A stretch of 64,000 nucleotides of DNA, from the NCBI RefSeq assembly GCF_027921745.1, contig NC_079238.1, forward strand, positions 2,418,001 to 2,482,000. The letters are read 5' to 3'. Below the pieces are notes generated by a model that was given only the letters and a program-made list of their open reading frames with translations, was not told the DNA's origin and ran no database searches. Positions within the stretch are counted from its first letter, which is position 1, and each line of letters begins with the position of its first letter. A program made the translations under genes and the position numbers. Shown in pieces: positions 51,370 to 62,495 of this stretch. The stretch comes from Schizosaccharomyces osmophilus. Taxonomy: Eukaryota.

Positions 51370-53896
51370 ATGTCTTCATCAGGTAAGAATACGTGGTATT
51401 AAATTTATAAACTTGTAATAACATTTGAAAAGATTCGGATTCTATTTCTATTTCAGCTCGGAGGCGATCTGGTCGAAATACTGGCCGACAAATAAATCTT
51501 AAAGAGTCAGACGATGAAAACGAAAGTTTTGATGTACGTGTGAAGTTTTGTCTGCTTTAATTTAACCATTGTTTTTACAGGAACTTCCTTTGAGTGAAGC
51601 TAAATCTGTGAAAACTGAAAGTGATGACGATGAGGACGATGTTCCTATAGGAAGTAAACGCGCTCCTGTAGAGAAAAAAAACAAACGCCCTACGAAACGT
51701 ACCAAAAATAACAATGAAACAAAAAAAGGGACTCGCAAAAAAGCTGAACCGGTTAAGGAGGAGGATGAGGATGACCTACCATTGAATACCAAAGCCAAGC
51801 CAAGAACAGCCAGAGGAAAATCTAAGGAATCAAAGAAAGTCAATGGTACCCCTGTAAAGAAAGAAGAAATGGATGATCGAGACTTAACTCCGTTAAAAAG
51901 TGGTCCTCCATCTCCATCGCCTAAATCCAGTACGATTACTTCTCGTAATCGTTCTCCCAATGATGATGATGAAGAAGAAGAAGAAGAAGACTTTAAATGG
52001 TGGGAGCAAGGAAATATTGATGGTACCCAAAAATGGTCAACCCTAGAGCACAGTGGTGTCTTATTCGCTCCTCAATATGAACCTCTGCCCAAAGACGTTA
52101 AACTTTACTATGATGGAAAGCCGGTTGATCTTCCTTTGGAAGCAGAGGAAGTTGCAGGATTTTTTGGTGCAATGGTAGAAACAGATCATGCAAAAAATCC
52201 AACCTTCCAAAAAAACTTTTTTCGCGATTTTCTAGCAGTCTGCAAGGAATGTAATTTTAAACATAATATTAAGGAATTTTCAAAGTGTGATTTTTCCCAG
52301 ATGTTCCACTATTTTGAGCGAAAAAGAGACGAAAAACGAAATATGTCAAAGGAGCAAAAGAAGGAAATCAAGAAGAAGAAAGATGAGGAAGAAGAAAGCT
52401 ATAAGTGGTGTACACTGGACGGTCGTAAGGAGCGTGTTGGTAATTTCCGCATTGAGCCTCCTGGACTTTTCCGTGGCCGAGGCAATCATCCTAAAACGGG
52501 CTCACTAAAGCGACGTGTTTTTCCAGAGCAAATTACGATCAATATTGGAAAAGAAGCACCTGTTCCGAAGCCTTTACCGGGGCATCACTGGGCTGAAGTA
52601 AGACATGATAATACAGTTACTTGGCTAGCTACTTGGCATGAAAATGTTAATAATAATGTAAAATACGTATTCTTGGCGGCTGGTAGCTCTTTAAAGGGAC
52701 AAAGTGATTTGAAGAAATACGAGAAATCTCGGAAACTAAAAGATTATATTGATGATATCCGTGAGGGTTACACTAAAGACCTCAAAAGTGATTTGACAGT
52801 GGAGCGCCAGCGAGGAACGGCCATGTATTTGATTGATGTTTTTGCCCTTCGTGCCGGTAACGAAAAAGGTGAAGATGAAGCAGATACTGTCGGTTGTTGT
52901 TCATTGCGTTATGAGCATGTTAGTCTTAAACCCCCGAACATTGTCATTTTTGACTTTTTAGGTAAAGATTCAATCCGGTATTATAACGAAGTTGAGGTAG
53001 ACCCTCAAGTGTTTAAGAATTTGAGAATCTTTAAACGTTCTCCAAAGAAAGAAGGAGATTTGATATTCGATCGTCTGACCACCAACACCTTGAACAAGTA
53101 CCTTACTAGTCTAATGGATGGACTGTCGGCCAAGGTATTCCGTACATATAACGCATCTCATACGATGAACGAAGAACTAAAGAAAATGCCAAAGAGCTTA
53201 TCCCTTGCGGATAAGGTCTTGTTCTATAACCGTGCCAACAGAACGGTAGCAATTTTATGTAACCATCAGCGGTCTGTTACAAAGAATCACGACGTTCAAA
53301 TGGAACGGTACGAGGAACGTATTAAAGCTTTACAATATCAAAGACTTCGTTTACATAGAATGATGTTAAGTTTAGAACCTAAACTATCCAAAAAAATGCC
53401 GGAACTGGTGCAGGGAGAAGCAGGTATAGATGATGAATGGGTTAAAAGGCATCACGAGTTACTTTATGAATTAGAAAAGGAAAAGATCAAGAAAAAATTT
53501 GAACGTGACAACGAAAAAATCATGGCCGAAGATCCGAAAGGCAAGCTTCCTGACAATGAGTTAGAAAAGCGATTAACGGCAGCTGATCAGTTAAAAGCGG
53601 TATTGGATGCTGAGTATAGAACAACGAAAGTGCATCCTGGACGAGCAACGCTGGAACGATTGGAAAGCCGTTTGTCAAAATTGAACGACCGAATCAAGGT
53701 GATGCGTACTCAAATGATCGACAAAGATGAAAACAAGACGACGGCTTTAACAACTAGTAAAATCAACTACATTGATCCACGGCTTACGTTTTCATTTAGC
53801 AGGCGAGAAGAAGTTCCTATAGAGAAATTGTTCAGTAAAACGATCCGCGACAAGTTTAATTGGGCCTCTGAAACACCCGCAGATTGGGAATGGTGA
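51370..53896 (+). CDS. top1: DNA topoisomerase I (3 exons)
   Basis: KWSTLEHSGV, GNFRIEPPGLFRGRG, ALRAGNEK, FDFLGKDSI, AKVFRTYNAS, ILCNHQR, catalytic SKINYIDPR. Exon 1 is ATGTCTTCATCAG|GTAAGA. Confidence 0.97.
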
Positions 53897-54690
53897 TGCT
53901 TCATCAAACTTGTTTTGGGCAGGGTCTAAAACCTTCCTCTGGTTGTTGTCACAGCTCGGCTACTTTGATTCATTGGAAAGTTGTCGACAATATTTGTTGG
54001 AAGTAAAGGATTTTCGGGTTTATAAGTTAAAAGAATGTTCTTAAATAAAGTTATAAATTATAGATTCTATTAATTATATGTTTTTCTTTTTTTTTGATAC
54101 CTGAACACAGATTGATGAAAATCGCTGTAGGAATAAAATATGGAAAATGGCCCAGCGTACATTCAATTTGGTCTTTTTTTGTGGACTTTAAGCATTGAAA
54201 CAAGATAAAGATAACACGAAACAATTCATTTTTTTTTTTTTTTTTTTTTTACTTACGCCTCTCTTGCAGCTACAGCCAAAAACGCTTCTTTAAATGTAAG
54301 AATTATTCTTTTGAATTACTTTAATATAGTGAAGCCCAAGATATGAGACAAAAGCATGCTAACCTCGATTTAAAGTCCGATAGAGCGTACCGGAGCGAGC
54401 CAACGGAAGACGCTAAATGAAACAGTCAAGCCCGTAGCGCGCGGGAAGATTTCTTCCTTTCACAGGTATTGTACTTCTACCTTCTACAAACCACCCCCCT
54501 CTTTGGAGCAAGTTGGAAATTATCTTACTTTCAGTCTCCTAGTGATTTAAAACCCATTCCTTTAAAAGTAAACATAAATTATTGTTTAAAAACGATTTTC
54601 TTGTGTCGTTTTTGAAACCTTACAGAATCTACATTCTTTCGTAAATAATACCTTGTTCCTATTTACTTCTTTATATTCCTTAATTGAACA

Positions 54691-55626
54691 ATGTCGAACG
54701 CTGCCGCCCCTATAATTCCCGAAAACAAGGGTCTTCAACTCTACTCTCCCCAGTACTATGGTCTCTGTTCTTTGGGTGGTCTTTTGGCATGCGGTATTAC
54801 CCACACAGCCATTACTCCCTTGGATGTTGTGAAGTGCCGTAGACAAGTGAACCCCAACGTTTACCCTAGCAACATGGCTGGTTTACGTTCCTTATTCGGT
54901 AAGGAAGGTATTCGTGGTCTCTTCACCGGTGGTGTCCCCACTTTCCTCGGTTACTCTCTTCAAGGATTGGGTAAGTATGGTTTCTACGAAATTTTCAAGC
55001 AGCAATACTCTAAGGTTGTTGGTTCCGAAAACGCTCACAATTACCGTACCGGTGTCTACTTGGCTGCCTCTGCTTCTGCTGAATTGTTGGCTGATGTTAT
55101 GTTGTGCCCTATGGAAGCTCTCAAGGTTCGTGTCCAAACTACTACTCCCCGTTTCGCCAACACTACTCGTGAGGCTTGGTCTAAGGTTGTTGCTTCTGAA
55201 GGTTTCGGTACTCTCTACCGTGGTCTTACTCCTTTGTGGTTCCGTCAAATTCCCTACACTATGATGAAGTTTGCTTCTTTTGAAAAGATTGTTGAAAGTT
55301 TGTACAGTTACATTGGTAAGCCCAAGAACCAATACAGCAAGAGTGAAAAGATCGGTATTTCTTTTGCTGGTGGTTATATGGCTGGTGTTCTCTGCGCTAT
55401 CATTAGCCATCCCGCTGATACCATGGTTTCTAAGCTTAACTCTTCCAAGCAAGCTGGTGAAGGTGTTGGTGCTGCTACTTCTCGTATCTACAAGAACATT
55501 GGATTCGGTGGTTTGTGGAACGGTCTCGGTATGCGTATTGTCATGATTGGTACTTTGACTGGTGCTCAATGGCTCATCTATGACTCCTTCAAGATTGCTT
55601 GTGGTTTCCCTGCTACTGGTGCTTAA
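54691..55626 (+). CDS. pic2: Mitochondrial phosphate/copper carrier (Pic2-type SLC25)
   Basis: THTAITPLDVVKCRRQ, GYSLQGLGKYGFYE, WFRQIPYTMMKF, RIVMIGTLTGAQWLIYD; strong codon bias. Confidence 0.92.
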   Translation: MSNAAAPIIPENKGLQLYSPQYYGLCSLGGLLACGITHTAITPLDVVKCRRQVNPNVYPSNMAGLRSLFGKEGIRGLFTGGVPTFLGYSLQGLGKYGFYEIFKQQYSKVVGSENAHNYRTGVYLAASASAELLADVMLCPMEALKVRVQTTTPRFANTTREAWSKVVASEGFGTLYRGLTPLWFRQIPYTMMKFASFEKIVESLYSYIGKPKNQYSKSEKIGISFAGGYMAGVLCAIISHPADTMVSKLNSSKQAGEGVGAATSRIYKNIGFGGLWNGLGMRIVMIGTLTGAQWLIYDSFKIACGFPATGA

Positions 55627-55936
55627 ATTTGATCTTGTTCTCATCGTTTATAAGCAATTGAATAGCTCGTGCTTTTTTCTGTTTTTCCTCCCCACTTTTA
55701 GTAAATAGGTTTCAATAGTTTACTATTTTAGCTAACCAGCAACATTATCTTTCAAAGCCGTATATTCAAAATAAAAGCTTTTACTTTCTTGCTAGTTTGA
55801 AAATTGAAGACGTCTGTCTAGTCAAGTAGGAAATACTGCACGGTCGACTTTTTCTGCCAAGATGCTGTTGAGCCTTTTACAGTGGTTGATAGTGCAGCAA
55901 ACCCATGAAAGCCTTAGGACTAAGGCTAAAAAACAT

Positions 55937-56008
55937 GGGCTGTTCTGGGAATCGAACCCAGGACCACCATCACCCTAAGATGGTATCATACCACTAGACC
56001 AAACGGCC
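55937..56008 (-). tRNA. tRNA-Pro(AGG)
   Basis: 72-nt cloverleaf GGCCGTTTGGTCTAGTGGTATGATACCATCTTAGGGTGATGGTGGTCCTGGGTTCGATTCCCAGAACAGCCC with A and B boxes, followed by a T-run. Confidence 0.96.
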
Positions 56009-56447
56009 ACTTCTTACATACTTAAAATATAATACAATATACAAACACTTCCTGCCAGTTTTGTATTTTTTGCTAAAGTAGGTAATACAGCAGAAAATCT
56101 ACTTTGAAAAACAGTCCTTTCTGCATACAAAGTTAGATTGATACCACTTTCTGGTTTATCCATCTAGATTTGGTTTGATGGTTGCACGCACGGACCTTAG
56201 TAGGCAAGAATCAACGTATATACATTGTGTAATTCGTGCCTATGCATTACATAATGAAAGCTGTTGTTTATTAGAAGAGTAGTTATATCTTTTTTTAGTA
56301 GTTTTTTACCTATCAAAGCTCAATGTTACAAGTAGCAATAATTACAATATTTTAACAGAAACAATGAATAAAGCAGTTTTTCCAGCCTCTTCATTCTAGC
56401 TACAACAACGTCTTTTATATGTTATATATAACGAGTGAATGAAGTTC

Positions 56448-56519
56448 GGCCGTTTGGTCTAGTGGTATGATACCATCTTAGGGTGATGGTGGTCCTGGGT
56501 TCGATTCCCAGAACAGCCC
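56448..56519 (+). tRNA. tRNA-Pro(AGG)
   Basis: Identical 72-nt copy on the plus strand, followed by ATGTTTTT. Confidence 0.96.
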
Positions 56520-57164
56520 ATGTTTTTGTGTAACTAAATTTTAGTATGTAACACGGGTGCTCTTTATTGCAATTTGGGAAACACTTGAACGAGTATGTCA
56601 TTTTGATTATTTGTACTGTAGTCTAAAATTTGTATAGCTTTCTTAGATGGGATGTCTAACTTTTTATCATATAAGCTTAACATTGTCATAGAAACATCTG
56701 TCACAACTGGCCTTTTACGCTGTAAAATTATGTTGCTGAGTTCATTGTTTACATTTTGTAATAAGGACTCGTTTGTATTATCATAAAACAATATCGTATA
56801 TAAAATACTGAAAAACAATTTCGTCAGATCTGATCAACAATAAACTGACAGTTATCTTTGCCTTAACGAAAGCTTCTGGCTAGAGGATTGAACGATAACC
56901 AATGTGTTTCAAATGGTTTGTTTACAAAAGTATTTTTGCGACAATTCTTTAAGCTTATGTTTATGAGTAAGCTCTTCTAATATGACTGTACAGTGCTCTT
57001 TTGTAATAATTATTGTACTAACGGCGGTTTGATCATCAGTAAAATGTAAACAAAACGAAAAAAGTCAGTTGCTTGTCCAGCTAGTACAATCTTGTCAGGT
57101 GAACCGATAAACCAAACGGAACCAGCGTTCAACAAGTAAAATAAACGAACAGCAAAAAGAGAGG

Positions 57165-57283
57165 AGCCTACAGCATCCCGGATTCCCATGTTGTCTCCAA
57201 CCATAGTACTAACGAGACCCTCAGACGCTTAACTGCAGTGATCGGACGGGAACTGGTGTTTTCGCCTAGGTATGGCCGTAGAC
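57165..57283 (-). rRNA. 5S rRNA (dispersed copy)
   Basis: 119 nt GTCTACGGCCATACCTAGGCGAAAACACCAGTTCCCGTCCGATCACTGCAGTTAAGCG...GGGAATCCGGGATGCTGTAGGCT, followed by CCTCTCTTTTT. Confidence 0.96.
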
Positions 57284-57770
57284 GTTCGTAAGTACTGCTA
57301 CTAAAATTTATAGTAGATATTGTGCTATTTGTTTAGTGAATATATGTAAACAAGAAGCCAAGTATTTCTTCTTCTAGCCTTTAAAAATTTATGCATATTG
57401 GCATTTCAAGAGACAAGTACAAATATCGCGAATGAGAAAATGTATGACTTGAGATATGATGAACATTTCTCTAGGTCTATTGGACCTTGGTCCGTATATG
57501 GTATTCTTGCACTCATTTGAACCATCAACCATAACTGTACAACTCTGAGGACTAAAGAGGCTCTAAAACTAAAAGTAAGAAGATAACACTTTTATTACAC
57601 TTTTTAATTACACTGGTTATACTTTTAACACAGGAAAACAAAGAGAAAAATACGGAAGGTATTCTTGAGCTAGAAAACTAGTTGCAACAAACCATTTTCA
57701 CCTCTAAACGTACTTTGGGAGCAATTGCTAGCGGTAAACGCCTTTGGTGCTTTATAGATATATATTGGAA

Positions 57771-58826
57771 ATGGTTCTTGTACAAGACATAACTTCTCAG
57801 CTGCCGGAAAAAGATGTTTTTGTCGTGGATGAGATTGGTTTATTTTGGAAACTCGGCCCTTCAAAAAAAGTAAATAGTGAACAGGTTCGTGGGATTCGTC
57901 GTGAAAAAGCTAAAATTACCATTACTACCTGTTGCAACGCCTCAGGTACCGAGAAGTTACCATTATGGGTCATAGGTTACTCCCATCTTCCTAGAGCTTT
58001 TAAAAGTTTAGGAATTCGTCCAGAAAACATAAATGTTAGTTGGAGGTTTACAGGAAGAGCATTAATGACGACATCTATAATGGAAGAATGGCTTCGATGG
58101 TTTGATGCAAGGATGGAAGGAAGAAAAGTTCTGCTCCTATTAGACAACTTTATCGCTCATGGGCGAGCTATTGAAAATATACGACTTTCTGGAAATGACT
58201 TAAAAAATACGGTTATTATTATGCTTCCCAATAGCTCTGTTAATCTTCAAAATCCATTTGAGATGGGCATCATATATAATTTGAAGTCCTTATACCGAAT
58301 CAGCTGGCTGAACTTTCTCCTCGATCACAAAGGATCTGAATTGAACCCTTATAATAAGATGAACTTGTTCATTGCTATACAGTGGATCAACGAAGCATGG
58401 AATTCCAACTTATCTCCAAGCCTTATAGAAAATTGCTTTTTAAACTCTGGCATTTTTGCATCAAAAAGGGCGAAAGAAAGTGAAAAGAACATTCCTGAAC
58501 TGCTTAGCCTCGATGATAGGATACGAGAACTGTTGGCTATGCTTGATCCTCAAGCTGCCATCAATATTCAAAATTTCATTAACCCAATAGAAGAAATGGG
58601 AATGGATAGCTCTGAGGATATCATTAGTCAGTTTGCGTTTGAAATATTCGGAGATCGAGATTTTGAAACAGACGAAGAGGAAATGACAACGTCAAAAGTT
58701 TCCAAAGAAGATGCTCACCAGGCTATTGAACTACTGTCAGACTATGAACTTCAGCAGAAAAATGGTGATCCTAATTTGTATTTGTATTTACAGAAATATC
58801 TTCATTTTCTTCAGGTACACAAATAA
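57771..58826 (+). CDS. CENP-B/Cbp1-family (pogo/Tigger-derived DDE_1) protein lacking the N-terminal DNA-binding domains
   Basis: VDEIGLFWK, ITITTCCNASGTEKLPLWVIG, EEWLRWFD...RKVLLLLDNF, QNPFEMGIIYNLKSLYR, AIQWINEAWN, IENCF and an acidic/helical C-terminus. In-frame TAA at 57735 upstream of the ATG. Confidence 0.85.
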   Translation: MVLVQDITSQLPEKDVFVVDEIGLFWKLGPSKKVNSEQVRGIRREKAKITITTCCNASGTEKLPLWVIGYSHLPRAFKSLGIRPENINVSWRFTGRALMTTSIMEEWLRWFDARMEGRKVLLLLDNFIAHGRAIENIRLSGNDLKNTVIIMLPNSSVNLQNPFEMGIIYNLKSLYRISWLNFLLDHKGSELNPYNKMNLFIAIQWINEAWNSNLSPSLIENCFLNSGIFASKRAKESEKNIPELLSLDDRIRELLAMLDPQAAINIQNFINPIEEMGMDSSEDIISQFAFEIFGDRDFETDEEEMTTSKVSKEDAHQAIELLSDYELQQKNGDPNLYLYLQKYLHFLQVHK

Positions 58827-59266
58827 TTCTACGTATATAAAGCAGGAGGTTGTTACTGATTTTTCTATATAGCCAAATACCTGCTAAAACTTTGCAGGGG
58901 CTTTCACTTTCAGCATAATTGCGTTGTTTTCGGTGAAAAAGCTGACACTTAAATTTTAAAACACCACTTGTATAATATAAAGTGAATGAATCCTGTACTA
59001 CTAACCACATAAATGTTTATGTATGATAATAAGAGATTATTCCACTGAAGGGTAATGGAAATATATCCATTAGTCCAGTATGCGTCAAATCTAATCAAAT
59101 ACAAAAAATAACTAAATAACTAAAGAATGCAAATCGTAAACGAAGGATAGTAAGCATTACATAAACTGAAGGAGCACAGACACAAAGAAACATCAATAAA
59201 GCGTAAAAAACAATAGTAAGGGAAAACACAAAAAGCCAGTTAAACTCCGACAGATTTAAAACCGCT

Positions 59267-61185
59267 TTATTTTTTCATTTTAGTTTTCGAAAGTTGAAAA
59301 GGAAATGAATGTTTCACATCAGACTCCGACGAATGCTTATTATCACGAGTAAGCGTATCCTTAGGAGAGTTGCTTGGTGAAGAAAATATAAACTTATGGC
59401 TCTTACTTCGATTTAGAGAAGGGAAAAAAAATTTGCTTTCGCGTTTTAAAATTTTCGGAGAAGCCTCTGCTGATTTCAGATGATTGCGCTCAGATTCCAT
59501 CGAAGAGCTTAAATCAGGACTGAATGGAAAATGAAAATCCTTGTCAGCCGTTTGTGAGTATTGGGAGGAATAGGAGGTTACCATCGGATCCAAATCACCA
59601 TGAGCTAGCGTAGATATTGATTTGGGCGTAGCTGGCGTATTATTCAATTCCGTATTTTCACTACTAGCTTGATATGGAATGGATATGGGATATGACAACG
59701 TCTCATCATTGCTAGTATCCTGATAGTCCTCAAATTCTTCAGCCGCTGTATAAAAAAGGACATATGCGGTTGCTTGTCCAGGCTGATCACCAAAAAACCT
59801 TTGCAAATACGATTCTTTCACAGGAGTTACTTTCTCGTCATCGAACAACACCCATCCGCTAGATCTTGTGCGAACTATAGAAACATAATGACCGTGATGG
59901 GAGCCACCACCGACATGAACAATAATAGCGGATAGAGAATAAAGCTTTTCAGCATCCTCATTATCATCCGTCGTGTTAAATAGTCTCATTTCGTTCGTAA
60001 ATACCACAGTATGAAACAGTTTATCGTGTGCTTCTTGTGTTTCGTTGTACTTGAAACGCTTTAGATGCAAAGCAAGTATCTTCGGCAGCTTTTTTATTTT
60101 CATACGTTTTTCTGCCTCTTGTAAATTCTTACAGACGTCACAGTGAAACTTGTTTTTTGCACAAAGCATCTCAGAAGCAGAAAAAGATCGTAAACAAGAT
60201 GTAACAGAAGAGTACTCTTCGATATCAATACTAAGATCCAAAAAGCTTTCATCCCTTGAAGTGATATTTTCGCAAGTAAGACACTTTGTTTCGCTGGTCA
60301 GCGTACCCTCAAATAAAGAGTGAATCCATTTTAACTGAGGAACTTCAGGGTGATTTGCATGATAATCATCCAAAATTTCAGTTATAGAGTTTAGAAGAAA
60401 ATTTAAAAACTCGTGTGCATCCTGCTGTCTGGTACTTCGAAAAGATTCATTATCGCGCCGTAAGATTTGGACAAATCTCTCAGGGCTGCACACGCCATAA
60501 CGACATTCGCAAGAACTGACACACGCAAATAAATCCTTTAAGCTCGTGTAGACATTTTCTTCCATTCCGTATGTTGTATAACTAGTATTATTTACTTGAA
60601 TTTGATGCTTTGATCCATTCTCTGCTCCAGCCATCGTGATATCCACGCAGCCGCAACCATTAAGATTAGCAGGGCATGGCTGTTTTTTCGAGTCATTGCT
60701 TTTCTTGCGAGAAGACGAATACCAAGAACTAGAACCTGATGAGTCTGATCCAGTTGACTTTACACAGACGCTTTTACAGTTTGGTGGAACACTCGGAATT
60801 GGGAAAGCATTCAGATTATCGCGAAATGGCTTTATATGATATAAAGAAACAAGCACAGAACTCACATAACTACGAACGTTAGATCCTTCGTGTTCTTCTC
60901 CTGAAGCTTCGGCGAATTGTTCTCAACATACCAGGTATTACCATACTAGACGCAGAGTTAGTAAGTTCGCTCTGAGCAATACATTTCCAATAAAAATTAC
61001 ATTAGTTAATCCAAAAAAACGATCGGTGAATGATTCTGGGACTAATGGTTGCTTCAATTGCTCCAACTCCAACATGCTCTTTCGCCATTCAGAAGAACTC
61101 CCAGAACTCTTGTATTGTTAGTATAATGTTTATTTCCATTAGTTTTCAATATGATTACCATTCCCATCCATTTTCGAAAAGACAT
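59267..61185 (-). CDS. ubp9: Ubiquitin C-terminal hydrolase Ubp9 (USP12/46-like; 4 exons)
   Basis: MSFRKWMGM|...[49 protein letters not shown]. Confidence 0.92.
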
Positions 61186-61633
61186 TTCTTTAATTGCCCT
61201 TTTATTTGGTAGAATTGGAATTTGCGTGTGTGACACAATTTACTTTACCCTCGTAGTGGCATCTTCAATGGATACTATATTATAAATAGCGGTTCTTTAA
61301 TATGATATATCATTCTAAAATTAAGATGATAAAGGCGTGTGTATGAAGAAACAGGTGAAAAGATTGTAAACGCATATTGCATTTTCCTGATAAACTATTT
61401 CACTTTCTTAATACGGCTTTTTTACGAACCAAAATTTTATCTTGAGGAAGATCGCAAAATGTTACATATATTATAAGGCAATATTGCATTAGCTGAAACT
61501 CAAGAGATGGGAACAAATAGAATAGCGAATATCAAAAAAGAACATATATGAAAAGAGGGCAAGGTTTTCATCAAAAAGATATTATAAGTTAAAATGGTGA
61601 AATCTCCTCAAATCATCTGAACAGACCGCTTCC

Positions 61634-62495
61634 TCAGGGATTTGATGGGCTTGTGGATTTTGCGGGCTGAGAGGAAAGCGACGAATTCGTAGGCAGTTGG
61701 GCGGGTTCGTGAACAGATGAATTCCTAGATGTATATTCATTGGGTGAGGGAGGCAAACTACTAGAGGCTTGATTTGAATCATTGTTCTTCGTTTTCTTAG
61801 GTTCTTCATTCTCTTCGGAAGACAAAGTATGCAGCTCCTGTTCCATAGCATGCATTACTTTGTGAAGTTCTTCAAAATCCTCATATGTATGATCATTGTC
61901 CCCCTTTACTTCAGCACCCTTGACTTTTTTTTCTAACACTTGCTTTTCCAATATACCATGAATGCGAATAATTTCTTGCTGAAGCCCAACTATTGCCTCA
62001 GCTACATTGTCACGCCGATTCTTTTCTTTTCGTCTCACCCTCCAAGTTTCAAAGAGGATAGCTCCGCCGGCAACAGTACTAAAAACAAATGTCAGAACCC
62101 TTTGAAAAGCTTTTGTGAAGATAATTATGTAGCATGGGATATATATTCATATATCGCTGAGAGACCTTCTTACTTACAACACAAAAGTTTCAGAAAGAAA
62201 ATTTGCACCTGCATCCACCGCTTTCGCATCATTTAATGGACGAACACGAACATTTGTATGACCGCTGCGGGCGCGATTGGCTCCCATAATTTTGAATTCA
62301 GCTCGATGCATTATTTGTGCGAAATCGATACAAACCTAGTATGAGTCAGACTTCAACATTGTCTTAGTATACACTGAAGAATCGTACCTTTCGGAATGTC
62401 TTATGTTCTTTTGCTTGTGCTTTTATCGTATTTGCTATAGGTTTTGACAGCGTTCGAACTAGTAAACTTCCGATTTTGAGAGCTAATGAAGACAT
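61634..62495 (-). CDS. opa3: OPA3-family mitochondrial protein (3 exons)
   Basis: MSSLALKIGSLLVRTLSKPIANTIKAQAKEH, VRPLNDAKAVDAGANFLSETFVF|TVAGGAILFETWR, coiled coil. Confidence 0.9.

Noticed and set aside
54892..55644. 250-aa antisense ORF over the phosphate carrier
   Set aside because: Shadow ORF produced by the strong codon bias of the highly expressed sense gene; no recognisable motifs.
57284..57770. Possible wtf or wag gene beside the 5S rDNA
   Set aside because: No multi-exon transmembrane ORF or recognisable wtf N-terminus; only short ORFs.
57600..59000. Active pogo/Tigger transposon
   Set aside because: No terminal inverted repeats seen, DNA-binding domains absent and third catalytic motif altered; better explained as a domesticated Cbp1-family gene.
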